The notes under the pieces were generated by a model that was given only the letters and a program-made list of their open reading frames with translations, ran no database searches and was not told where the DNA came from. The translations under genes and the position numbers were made by a program. From positions 186,001-250,000 of the forward strand of contig NC_058368.1 in NCBI RefSeq assembly GCF_018350175.1: a stretch of 64,000 bases of DNA. The letters are read 5' to 3'. Source of the DNA: Felis catus. Lineage: Eukaryota. Each line of letters begins with the position of its first letter. Position 1 is the first letter of the stretch. Of the stretch, positions 1 through 11,814 are shown one piece after another.

Positions 1-169
1 CTATCAGACTTATCAACATAAGCCAAGCTCTAGATGCAAAATGATTTGTAGTTCTTTAATTATGACAGGTGTTGTGCATCTTGTCAAATACTATTGGGAA
101 TTTGTATGTGTGTGTTCTCTGTGAGCTGTTTGCTCTCCTTCTCTATAGAAATGACTGTTCACCTCTGTA

Positions 170-1400
170 TTGATTGTTTTAAATATTTACTTGTGCAAAA
201 TTTCAAGCATAAGAGCAAGAGAGGACCATATGGTAGCCCCTCTCAATGTTGGCCAGTCTGGTTTCCTTTGTAGCCCCACCTACTCCCTATATCCACTCCA
301 CTCATTTATTTTGAAACAAATCCTAGACACCATGTTATTTTATCCATGAATATTTCTGCATATATTTCTAAAAGATAACAAGAATAACAATACCATATTA
401 TACCTAAAAAAACAATTATTCCAAATATATATTTTATATATTCCAAATATGTTATTTTAAACATCCAGTTACTGTTCAGTTTTCCCTGATTACAGTATGT
501 TAGTTTGAACTAGGATCCACATTAGGTCCATTCGTTGCAAATGATTGACAAGTCATTTGTCATTCTTTTTTTAAACAGCTCTATTGAGATATAATTCACA
601 CATCACACAGTTAACCCAAAGTATACAATTAAAAAATACAAACAATTAAGCTTCTTCTATTATCTTCACAGGGTTGTACAACCATCGCTCTAGTTTTAGA
701 ACATTTTGTCTCTCCGACAAGGAACCCCATCCCCATAAGCTGTCACTCCCCATTCCCCTCCAACCATCCCTTCACCCTCAGCCCCTCGCAACCACTAATC
801 TACTTTTGGTCCATAGACCTATTGTGGGTATTTCATATGAATGGAATCATACAACATGTGGTGTTTTTGTGACTGCCTTCTTTTATTTAGCAGTACACTG
901 TCAAAGTTTACCCCTGTTGTCAGTACTCCATTTCTTTTTGGTGCTGAATAATGTTTGGTGCTGAATAATAATAATTTGGGTGGTTTCTACTTTGGAGCTA
1001 TTATGAATAGTGCCACCATAAATACTTGTGTATACATCTTAAGTCTCTAGTAACCTATAGGATTCCCTGTTTTTAATCTTTTCTTTGAAATATATTCAAT
1101 TATTCAATTAGGACACTGGTTTATTTGTCTTGTAGAGTTTCCACAGTCTGATCTTGTTCCTGCTGTGTCACTTAATATTTTCCTGTGCCTTTATATTTCC
1201 TTTGCATTAACATCTAGATCTAAAGGTTCGGTCAGATACAGGTTTAAATCTTGTTGGCAGGAATGCTTGTGCTCTTTTACCAGGAGGCTGATAACGTGTG
1301 TCTTTTTTTGATGTTAGCAGACATTAATATCATTGCCTAGCTTTATTAATTCACTAGAGATTTCAAACCTGGTGGCTATTTTTCAGTAAATATGAAATCT
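170..1400 (-). mobile_element. Old L1 3'-end fragments (L1M-type)
   Basis: Antisense L1 3'UTR motifs (acagctctattgagatataattcaca, gcaaccactaatctacttt, gaatggaatcataca). Confidence 0.6.
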
Positions 1401-2639
1401 TTCTTGCATTATAATTTCAAGTTCATTTTTTGCTAGTATGTAGGGAAGTGATTTCTGTGTGCATAGGTGTGATATGTGTGTGTATTATATTTCAACCAGA
1501 TACTTTATTACACTTTCTTATAAGCCCTTTTGGTTTTTCATAAGATTTTCTAGAACATTCTAGCTGATTATGCCATATGCCATATGCCAGTTACAGCATT
1601 TTTGACAGACCCCTCCTTTTTTTCTACTTGCCAGAGTGCATCGGCTAGGAACACAAAACACCCAGCAACAGCAGCAGCAGCATGAGATGCCCCTGCCCTT
1701 GCTCTTGGTCACCTTACAGGAATCCTTCCAGAGATGTAATACTTACCCAGACATAGATGTACAATTAGCTTCTCTCTAGTTTTATAACCGAGTGGCAGAA
1801 GCCGGTGGAGACAGACCCATACCTCCCTTTGGTTGTGATGCCATGGGTTCTGCACTCAGCAACCAAAGAGCCCTTAGCTATGCAGGACCCCAGCCAGACT
1901 AAGATTAACAGAATGTGGCCAGTTGGTCTTTTCAAAATAAAGTGCCACATACAGAGGTGTGTGTGCACCAGGCTAAAATTGTGTATAGAAAGTGAACGCC
2001 AAGGATGCAGAGGCCCCAGGATGCTGCAGCATCATTGTTGGAGCACTTGTTTGCCTAGAGCTCACAGGAGCCAGAGCTGTCAGCACAGAGGGCGCAGAGC
2101 TGAGTTTATTTCCTCCACAGACATGCACTAGCATCTGGAGATCACTCTAGGTGATGGAGATAACCAGGCTCTGTCCTGGAAGAAGTGGGGCTGGCCTGGG
2201 AAAGTTGGTATAAACATTTTAAGGATGTCATTTTTAAAGATGAGGAAGAGGGCTTCCCCCCTCCCTCTCTAAAGCAGAACAGCAGGGCAGTTCCGAGGAC
2301 AAAAACAAGCCCTCCACAGAGAGATCATGTGGTTTGGCAGCAGAACTGAGAAAGGATAAGGTGGCTTTCTCCCTGGGCTGTGTTTCCTCAGCTCTGAGCT
2401 GCTGCTCTTTGCCCCATAAAGGGACCAGGAGAGATCCTCAATTCAGAACAATGAAATCCAAAACCGCTGAGGAAAGTTCAAGGAGACTAACAAAAGCCCT
2501 TCCAAAGGTACTTAGCTACAGTCACTGGTAGGCACAAGCTGCCCCTCCCATTGGAGACAGTGTCATTTTTCCTGTTTGCTAAATGCCACACTGTGGCTAG
2601 ACCAACAGGTCAGCCCACCCAGCCTGCAGGTTTTTTGTT

Positions 2640-2865
2640 TTTTGTTTTTTTAAAAATTTTTTTTAATGTTTATTTATTTTTGAGACAGAGAGAGACAAAG
2701 CATGAACGGAGGAGGGTCAGAGAGAGGGAGACACAGAATCTGAAACAGGCTCCAGGCTCTGAGCTGTCAGCACAGAGCCCGACGCGGGGCTCGAACTCAT
2801 GGACCGCGAGATCATGACCTGAGCCAAAGTTGGCCACTTAACCGACTGAGCCACCCAGGCGCCCC
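2640..2865 (-). mobile_element. CAN-SINE (feline type)
   Basis: Reverse of GGGGCGCCTGGGTGGCTCAGTCGGTTAAG..(TC)n..AATAAA; near-TSD caggttttt at both ends. Confidence 0.93.
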
Positions 2866-3539
2866 TACAGGTTTTTAACAAGAGCAGTGGGAGAATTTTT
2901 TTCAACGTTTTCTGCCCTTTTTTTTTTTTTTTTTTGCCTATCAAAAGGGAGCCAGAGAAGAACTGTAAAGTAGTATTATCAATAGTCTCTGCATCTGCCA
3001 CCAAACTGCCAGGGTTAAGGCGATATCCACTATGTTTCTCCATTGTAAAGTTACCATTTTCCCCTTTGCAACATCAGCTCAGCCTGGGTTCCTCACAGCC
3101 TTAAGAAAACTTCTGCAGGCACCCTCCAGCAACCAGTCCACTTGGCCCTGCTGAGTGGCCAGTCAGTGAGCACTCTGAGCTGGCAAACAGGCAGACCTGC
3201 ATGTGGCATGTGGGCGTCGCAACACTCAGGACCTTCAGAGGCATGCCATCTGCTCCCACTGCATGGGACTGTGACCAGTAGCGTGAACAAAAGGGCCACT
3301 AGCAGCAGTAAATCCCACTGTAAGAACAGCGTGTGCAATTCTCTGGGGGAAGAGAGAGGTGCGGCTGGGCTACCGGAGGAGCTCTCGGGGGTCTTCCCAC
3401 CCTCCACACCCAGCCTGAGCTGAGCAGCTGGCAAGCCAGGAGCATTTGGATGTTTGGAGAGACAGGAAGAGACGGTCGGGAAGCCAGGCAAGTTCAACAG
3501 TGACAGGGGGGCATGGAGTGAGGGTGTAAGTGCAGCCAA

Positions 3540-4170
3540 AAAGACTGACAGCCAACCCAGCTGGAAGTCTCAGCCACTTCTATTCAGAAGCCATAAGATT
3601 TCAAGCCACATAGATCCCCAAACGGACAAACATACAGACCCCTGGATAGACAGACAGACTTCTAGATGGACAAAATCCCAGGGAAACACAGACTCCAGAG
3701 GGACAGACAGCCAGACAAATGGACATATTCTTGAACAAACGGGAAGACACCCAGCCAGACATCCAGAAAGACCTGTGGTCAGACACATGGACACCCCCAG
3801 CTCCAGCCATTTGGAAGATGACCACAGCCAACCGAAAGAAAATATCCCTCAAGGACAGACACCTTCCCCACAAACGGACAAACAGACACTACCCCAGCAG
3901 AGAGATACCCACCTACCCAATCAACTAGCCAGCCAAACCTCAGCTTTACCTTCTACAGTCTTAAGTTCTGCCAGTAAAGACAGACTCCAGCCTATGAAAA
4001 AGTCAGGCCCTCAGCAGGATAAAAGATACATCCCCACCAAGCCAGCTGGATGGACAGACAACTGTCAAGTCAGGTAGACAGACAGATACACCCCCGCACA
4101 CACGCTGGACAAACAGACCCTCAGTCACTAGTCAGACAGAAGATCTCCAGCTAGCCAGAACCCAGCTTCT
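3540..4170. repeat. Degenerate CAGACAGAC/CCCAGCCAGAC array
   Basis: Recurrent gacagac, cccagccagac and ggacaaacagac motifs. Confidence 0.7.
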
Positions 4171-4219
4171 GGGTCAGCCTCCCCGCCTCCCAGTCACCAT
4201 CATAGATGATATGGATGGC

Positions 4220-4909
4220 CCAATGACCCCTCAGTGTTGCGCCTACTCCTCAGGTACCACCAGTTTCCAGTGACCTTTGACCTCCAATGATATCCACTAA
4301 CACCACGGTCCACAAAAGACCCTTCATGATCCCACAGTGACTCTTCCTTGTTTACTCTGGTATACACTAGTCCCTAATAACTACCATTAGCATCCATGAG
4401 TACTCGGGGATTCAAGAGTGTCCATGAGTCCTCCATTGAACATCCATATATTCTCAAAGTTCCTGATACTTCTGTGTCCCACTTCCCTGAGTCTCCAAAA
4501 ACCAATAACTGTCCAGGAAATCTCAGTGATTTCGTTGGCATTCACTGTTGTGCCCTGAGTAGGATCCCTCAGTGACCTTCCTTCTTTTGACCTCTCAGTT
4601 ACTTAAACTACCACTCCCAATCCCAACAGCCCCTCAGCTACTTTCACTGTGTCTCACTGACCTCCAACGACTGCTAGTAACATCCACTGACAATGCCCCA
4701 TGAACACCCAAGGAACTCTCAACTGACTTCCAATTAATTCACTATCAATGCCCATTCTCAGTGATCACTACTGACCATCTTTGAAGTCTTAGAGATGAAA
4801 CTGATAAATACTGAGTCCACAGTAATCCCTCAATAAATGAAACATCCCCACTGATCATCCACTTTGACTTCTGTCACTTAAACCTGGGTTAGCAAACCAC
4901 AGCCTGAGG

Positions 4910-4951
<42 letters not shown>

Positions 4952-5350
4952 GAATGTTTTGTGACATATGAAAACTACATGAAATTAAAAGTTCAGTGTC
5001 CACAAATAGTTTTATTGACACATAGACACATTCATTCCTTTACATGTTGCCTATGGCTTTCACACTGCCATGCTGGAGTTGGTAGCTAGAACAAGACCAG
5101 AGCCAGCAAGACCAAAGACGAAAAAGACTTTTAAAAAAGTATGCCCATCCCTAACATAAACAACACTCTAATAATCCCCTAATGAATTAAATCCACAACT
5201 TGAACCAATGACCCTGTCAACCCCTCAATGACTTAAAGACCTCACCCTATCCGTTACCCTTTGAGAGCTTGATGACCTCAAACTGGACTCCTGAGATACC
5301 CCCTCGAGTAACACCCCCAGAAATTCCTTCCATGACCTCGGTGAAGGGTG
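4220..5350. repeat. Degenerate CCCTCAATGACC-like array interrupted by MER58 and (CA)n
   Basis: Recurrent ccctcagtgac/cctcaatgac/atccactga motifs; G-poor top strand. Confidence 0.55.
4885..5155. mobile_element. MER58-like hAT DNA transposon with (CA)n
   Basis: gggttagcaaac..gttttattg..cattcattcc..aaaaaagtatgcccatccct pattern. Confidence 0.6.
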
Positions 5351-6327
5351 GGCTAACCCATCTACCCAGGCGGGACCCCTAGGCCCCTCTCTGCTTTCTC
5401 CAGCCTCCCCTTGGTGACCCGGGAAACTGGGTCACCAAGTTGTCCTTTGGCCTTTTCCTGCCTATTTTCTGAAGGTGAGGGTGTGGGGACAGCAAAACGG
5501 AGAAGGTCTTTGAAAGCGTTGAGAACATCTCCCCTCCCTCCCCCCCGCAACCCACTTCTATGTGGTCAGTTCTGTTTCCCGGCAGGTTTATGCGGGTTGA
5601 GATCCTTGAATTAAGACTGGTTGTTTGCTTCCCCAGCTCCTCTTAGCCTGACCCAGAAAACAGAATCTCAGGAAATACAGAGATACAGAAGCATCCACTT
5701 CCATTAGGTCTTTCTCACAGCACGGGTGCACAGGTGTCACCCCCCCCCCCCCCCGCAACCTCCTGCGACCTCTCTCGGGCCCCGCTAGAGCGCACGGGCG
5801 AAGAACACCCCCAACCCAGGGTCCTCGAGGCAAGAGTGGCAGCTCGATCTCGGCGACCGTGTCCACTCACAACTGCAGCACCACCCCGGCTCGGAGCCCA
5901 GTGTATGTGTCAGGGAGACCCGACGGGGGAGGCCAGGCGAGAACGAATGGCCATCTACCGAACGCGGGCACTTGGAAGGTTGGCCCCGGGCTTCCAAGCA
6001 AGAGGAAGCGTCCGCGGGATTGTGCGGTGTCACCCGACGTGCCCCGCGCTCAGACCAAGCGAGGCGCGGGCGCCGGACTCAGTCCCGCCGCACAGCCGCA
6101 GGCGACCCGCCGCGCTGGCTGCTACCGGTCCCGGAGCCTGCGGGCGCTACCAGGGCGAGCTCCGGACGCCTTGGCCGAGGGGCGCGCCCTGCTGGCTGTC
6201 GCGCGATTCCATTGGGTCGCAAGGTCGGAGGCGGGGCCTCCGCTGCCAGCCGCGCCTCCAGCATGCTGGATACTGGCTACTGGCTCGGGGCTCAGTCCTC
6301 GGACACGACGTAGCTAGCCCGCGGCGT

Positions 6328-6422
6328 CTGAGCCGCAGCTGGGACGTGGCGCGGAGCGGAGCGTCCGGGAGCAGCTGGAGGCGGGCTGCCGGGAGGAGGT
6401 GGCCCTTGCCGGCGAGTTCAGC
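6328..6422 (+). pseudogene. PTPN18: PTPN18 exon 1 (start lost, frameshifted)
   Basis: CTG AGC CGC AGC where MSRS is expected; CGGAG tandem duplication 6352-6361 shifts the frame; then VREQLEAGCREEVALAGEFS and donor gtgagc at 6423. Confidence 0.88.
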
Positions 6423-6652
6423 GTGAGCGGGCGAGAGCGGACCGCCAGACGGTGCGCTTCGGCTCCTAGTCCTGGACTGTCTGGAGGTCTGCCCTCCCGC
6501 TGTCTCCCGGCCTCGGGGTAAGTTGTTCTCTCTCCAGCACGGCTCTGTCACTCTCTCCCCTGTCTCTGTCTTCGCCCTCCGCCTGCAGGGCCCCAGAAAG
6601 CGAATCCACTAACTGCCTGGCTGGACCGCGCCCATCCCAGCCCTGGCTCCCC

Positions 6653-6927
6653 TGACCGCGTCTCGCTCCGGAACCGCGCACAGTCGTGGCTTCCGTGACC
6701 TCGTCCCGCTCCAGAACCGCGTACGGCCCTGGCTCTCATGACCAGGTCCCGCTCCGGAGCCGCGCACACCCCCTGATTCTCGTGACCTCGTCCGGCTCCG
6801 GAACCGCGCACACCGCTGCCTCCCGAGACCTCGTCCCACTCCGGAACCGCGCACACCCCTGCCTCCCATGACCGCATCCCGCTCCGGAACCGCGCACACT
6901 CCGGGGTCCCGTGACCTCGTCCCACTG
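6653..6927. repeat. 43-bp GC-rich minisatellite, ~6.4 copies, in PTPN18 intron 1
   Basis: Units start at 6653, 6696, 6739, 6783, 6826, 6869 and 6912; consensus ~TGACCTCGTCCCGCTCCGGAACCGCGCACACC-CTG-CTCCCG. Confidence 0.92.
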
Positions 6928-7921
6928 CGGGGCTGGGCAGCAGCAGAAGACGGCGCAGCAAGGGAAGGCAGGCGCAGGCTCAAGCTGGAAGCTGATCACC
7001 AGGGCCTCTCTGGGAAGGAAACGGCTGGGGGAAGAGGAGCGCAGAGGCCCCGCTGAGGCGGGTGTGGTCGCCGCGCTCTGATAGACGCTGTGGCCTCGGG
7101 TGCTTCACGTGGCCCCTCTGGCGTTGGTTTCTCGGGTGAAATGCGGCCCTTGCCGACTAAAGTGGCGTGAGGAACTGGTGTAGGTTAAAAGAACGCCTAG
7201 CACATCTTGAGCGCTCACTTTGTAGGCGTCTTTGTCACTAGTTATAAACACTCTCAACATTACAGGGGGGAGGTGCAAGCCGTGCGTAGGGAACGGTAAT
7301 GCAGCATCGTAGGCATTTGGTAGGTGTTACTTATCACCGTCTGATTATGAGTAGCTGAGGAGGATAGTAATACAGTCGCCACTAATAACGATCTAACAGT
7401 AACAAGGTATCTGTAATATTTTGTTACATAAGTAATGTTATACGTTATAATTCATATACAGTGTATATTGTTATATGTATCATATATCATGCTTGTTAAA
7501 TACATACTACGTTATAGTTATTGTTTGCAATACAATACAATTGGGTGTATAGGGTAGATGCAGAGAGGTCTGAATGCCACCCTCATTGTACCGCTTCCTG
7601 GGGCGGGGTGGGGGTGGGGGGGAACTTTTGCCAAGTCACTCAACCATGTGGTGGTGCCTCAGCTTTCTTACCTACGCAGTGGGGACATCAATAATAGTAC
7701 CCACTTGGGGAAGACCTGGCGATGACTCAATGCCATTGGCACAGAGAAGGCGCGTGGTCACTACCATTAGCAGGGCACCATGCTTTCCGGAAAAGTCTGC
7801 ATTCGCCTCTCACAGGCCACGTGCTTTGTGTCCCTACAAGCCACTCTGTGCCCCAGGACTTTGATCTGGTTCCTCTTTTCCTTCTCCCTCCCCTGGTCTG
7901 CTTGGTGTGCCTCCCAACCAG

Positions 7922-8030
7922 GACATCCAGGCCTGCTTAGCCACATGGAAGACTGAGCCTGTGCACTCCACCCAGGCTGGCAGTCGGCCAGGGAATGTGA
8001 GGAAAAACCACCACAAAGATGTGCTTCCAA
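7922..8030 (+). pseudogene. PTPN18: PTPN18 exon 2
   Basis: ag|DIQACLATWKTEPVHSTQAGSRPGNVRKNHHKDVLP|gtaagt; the KNRY pTyr-recognition motif reads KNHH. Confidence 0.92.
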
Positions 8031-8164
8031 GTAAGTCAGGGGCTTTCAGGAGTAGATGGGGCTCTGCACCCACCCCTCACGGCAGCACAGTCCAGTCCAC
8101 CCCAGTTTGCTCCCAGAGCACTCCCTCCCAGGTCCTTGCCAATCCTTGCAGTGGCTGCCTTTCT

Positions 8165-8400
8165 TTCTTTTGTTCTTTTAAGTTTATTTATTTATTTATT
8201 TATTTTGAGAGAGACAGTGTGAGCAGGGGAGGGGCAGAGAGAGAGAGAGAGGGAGAGAGAGAAAATCCCAAGCAGGCTCCATGCTGCCACCTGTGGGAGC
8301 CCCACTCCAGGCTCCACTGGAATTCACCAACTCTGAGACCATGACCTGAGCTGAAACCAAGAGCGGGAGGCATAATGAACTGAATCACCCAGGCACCCCC
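8165..8400 (-). mobile_element. CAN-SINE in PTPN18 intron 2
   Basis: TSD gtggctgcctttct at 8151-8164 and 8401-8414. Confidence 0.92.
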
Positions 8401-8533
8401 GTGGCTGCCTTTCTCCTGAGCAGCTCATGAGTGTACCTAGGTGGGCCTCTGCTGCGTGTGCAGCATCCCTGCTGGCTTTCATCCAGGAGGCTGTCAGGGG
8501 CTTGGTGCCTTTTCTCATCTCTCCCACTGACAG

Positions 8534-8610
8534 ATGATCAGGCACCAGTGGTCCTGTCCCTGCTCCAGGAGGAGGGACACGGCCACTGCATCAATGGCAA
8601 CTTCATCCAA
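8534..8610 (+). pseudogene. PTPN18: PTPN18 exon 3
   Basis: cag|DQAPVVLSLLQEEGHGHCINGNFIQ|gtcagg; the DYIN motif is degenerate (HCIN). Confidence 0.92.
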
Positions 8611-8689
8611 GTCAGGCTGGTAGTCAGGGACAGGGTGGACATGGTGGGGGTGACAACAGAATCTGGGTGGTGAACTTAGCCTTTATCAG

Positions 8690-8785
8690 GGAGCAGACGG
8701 AAGCCAGGCCTATATTACCACACAGGGACCCCTGCCTCACACCTTGCTAGACTTCTGGCACCTGGTCTGGGAGTTTGGGTTCAAG
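8690..8785 (+). pseudogene. PTPN18: PTPN18 exon 4
   Basis: ag|[32 protein letters not shown]|gttagc. Confidence 0.93.
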
Positions 8786-8890
8786 GTTAGCTTTGGGGGG
8801 GGCGGGGGGAGCTAACATTCTGAGTCCTCCCTTGGCCTTGCTTTTCCTGTCCCCAAATCATTCCTCTCTCCCCTTATCTTTTGTGTCTCC

Positions 8891-8929
8891 GTGATCCTGA
8901 AGGCATGTCGAGAAATGGAGAATGGGCAG
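8891..8929 (+). pseudogene. PTPN18: PTPN18 exon 5 (acceptor AG missing)
   Basis: Polypyrimidine tract ends tctcc|GTG with no AG; VILKACREMENGQ|gtaggt. Confidence 0.88.
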
Positions 8930-9649
8930 GTAGGTGTTCTCAGCTCTCTAGAATGCATTTCCTTGTGCAGGGAGAAAGCAAGAGAAATCTTGCTAGCACC
9001 TCCCTAATGCTACTACTGAAAGGCCCAGTTCTTGGAGTGACTCCACTATTGCTCTTTAATTTTTTTGTTGCTGTCTTTCATCTTATTCATGGTGCTTATC
9101 CCTGCAGTGAACCCCTCTACTGCTGGGCTTCCCACCCCAAATCTGCACCATAGACCATCAGGTCCTATACTCTGGCTTCCCTGGTACAGCTCTGATGTCT
9201 TTTTGCCTCTCCTTCCTTCACTCTGCTCTAGCCAGTTTGGCCTTTGCTGTTCCTCAGATGTGTCAGGGATGGCTCTGCCTCAGAGCCTGTGCCTTGGCTG
9301 TTCCCTCTGCCTGGAACATTCAAGGCTACTTCCTCCATGAGACCTTCCTGGATCTTACATCACTTAAAACTCCCAGAACTCCCACTCTCCTTCCCTGTCC
9401 TATTTTCCTTTTTGCCTCACAGTTCTTCCCACTTCTAGCATACAAGGTAATCTACACATTGTTTATTCTCCATCTTCCTGATAAGAAGGAAAGTCCAGGA
9501 GGGCAGGGATCTCTATTTTGCCTGTTAGCATAAATTAGTTCCTCAGTAAACATATATCAGCATCGAAGGCACATGATTCTGCATTCTGGCCTGCATGGAC
9601 AGGGTTGTGGGGTGGGTAAGTACTGCCCCGGGCGAATGGCTGATCATGG

Positions 9650-11089
9650 AGTATGTACAATCTGTAGTGATGTCCATTTTTCATTCCTGACTTTGTAATT
9701 TGTGGTCGGCGTCTGTCACTCCTTAAGTCAGTCTGGCTAGAGTAAAGATGGGCAAACTTTAGCTGTTGTAGTAGGTCTGTCTTGCAGCCTTTTTCTTTTT
9801 TTTCTTGTAAATAAAATGTGTTAGAATATAGCCACACTCATATGTTTATATATCATGTATACCTGCTTTCATACTACAATGGCAGATTTCAGTAGTTTCA
9901 AGATGGGTAGATTGAATGGCTCACAAAGTGTAAAGTAGTTATTTATTATCTGGGCCTTTATAGGAAATGTTAGCCATCTCTGGGCTAGAGGTTTATCAGC
10001 TGTATTAATTTTTTTTCAAAGAAGCAGCTTTGGGCTTTACTCATTTTCTTTATTTTTTTTTCATTTCCTATTTCATGAATATCTTCTCTTCTTCATTTTT
10101 CCTTCCTAAAGGTTATTTAGGTTTAATTTGCTCTTATTTTCCTAATTTCTTAAACTTACATCATTGATTTGAAATTTTTCTTTTATGTACAAGCATTTAG
10201 TGTTATTCACTTTTCTTTAAGCTTTAGCTACATCTCACAAACATGATAAGTTGTGTCTTCTCCAATTAGTTCAAAATATTTTCTAATTTCCCTTGTGGTT
10301 TCTTCTTTGCCTCGTGGTATTTTACCACAGTTGTTCTTAGTTTCCAAATATTTGAGGATTTTCCCATATATCTTCCTGTTATTTTTAGTTAATTCCACTG
10401 TGGTCAAGGAACAACTTTATATGATTTCAATCTTGCTAAATGTACTGAAACTTGTTTTACGGCTATGAATATGGTCTATGTTGGTAAATACTCTGGCACT
10501 CAGAAAGAATGTGTGTTCTGCTTTTGTTGGGCGGAATGATCTATAAATATCAAGTCAGTCAAATTTACTGTGTCTTTGTTGACATTTTAATATTTTTGTA
10601 TCTTTATTGTATTTTATAGATCTTAACTGATTACTTTTCTCTAAATGTTCTATCAATCGCTGAGAGAGGAATGAAGTCTCCAGCTGTTCTATAATTGACA
10701 ATTAGTATAATGTTATTTAAGTCTTATGTTTTGTATGGCCTTTTCGGAGGCGGTCTACTTGCCTTATTATTTGCTGAAATAATATTGAAATTTTCTAATT
10801 TTAAAATTATCTGGTTTGTCTTTTCAGTTCTGTCAGTTTCTGCTTCAGTTATTTTAAAAATCTGTAATTGAGTACATATACAGTTAGGATTATGTCTTCC
10901 TGATGAATCAATCCCTTTTCCAATATGTAAGGTCTCTTTTTATCTCTGGCAATATTCCTTTTTCTGAAGTGTACTTTGATATTAATACAGCCATTTAAAT
11001 TACTCAGGTGTGCATATCTTTTTCCATTCTTTTACTTTTTTAAAAAATCTATGTTCATCCTTATTTTTTTTTTGAGTTTATTTATTTAT

Positions 11090-11173
<84 letters not shown>

Positions 11174-11810
11174 GGGGAGGGGCAGAAAGAGAGAGAAAGA
11201 GAATCCCAAGCAGGCCCTGAGTTCTCAGCGCAGAGCCCCACTGTGGACTTGATCTCACTGAACGTGAGATCATGACCTGAGCCAATATCAAGAGTCAGAT
11301 GCTTAATAGACTGAGCCACCCAGGCACCCCCATCATTATTTTTAAAGTGTCATGTAGGTGGCATATTGTAGGGACTTACTTTAGTATTCAGTCTGACAAT
11401 TTCTGCCTTTAATTGGAGTATTTAGTTGTTAATATAATTATCAGTAATGTTGAATTTAAACCTACCATCTTTCTGTTTTCTATTTGTTCCATCTGTTCTT
11501 TGTCCCTTCATTCTTCTTCTCTGTCTTCTTTCAGACTGAGAATTTTTATGAATTCATTTCATAGTCATTATTGACTTATTAGCTATACCTCTTTGTATTA
11601 TGTACTTAGTGGTGGCTTTGGAGTTTACAAGTTAGGTCTAATTTATCACAGCAAATAATATTATACCATTTCATTTAAAATATAAGAACTTTAGCATATT
11701 TCAGTTTTCCCATTCCATGCTTCATGTTATTGTCGCCATAGATTTTAATTCTAAATATGAAATACTCTACCATACACTGCTATTATTTTTGCTTTAGATT
11801 ATCTTTTACT
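9650..11810 (-). mobile_element. Old L1 fragment containing a MER58-like element (~9750-9985) and a CAN-SINE (~11062-11330) with (GA)n(GT)n
   Basis: T-rich antisense L1 ORF2 motifs (aattccactgtggtca, agaatgtgtgttctg, agtctgacaat); SINE head reversed at ~11330. Confidence 0.7.
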
Positions 11811-11814
11811 TAAT

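Larger units (their letters stand above)
5720..7150. promoter_or_regulatory. CpG island / PTPN18 5' promoter
   Basis: Very GC- and CpG-rich; reverse CCAAT (ATTGG 6211-6215) and GC box (GAGGCGGGGC 6228-6237) upstream of exon 1. Confidence 0.85.

Noticed and set aside
3454..4077. 207-aa Q/T/D/P-rich ORF
   Set aside because: Non-ATG start; lies in the T-poor CAGAC array, where stops are rare by composition.
6653..6927. Regularly spaced repeat resembling a CRISPR array
   Set aside because: Mammalian DNA; units are similar along their whole length, with no unique spacers and no cas genes.
5588..7056. Many overlapping 60-230 aa ORFs
   Set aside because: Expected in a GC-rich island and minisatellite; only the PTPN18 exon 1 remnant is recognisable.
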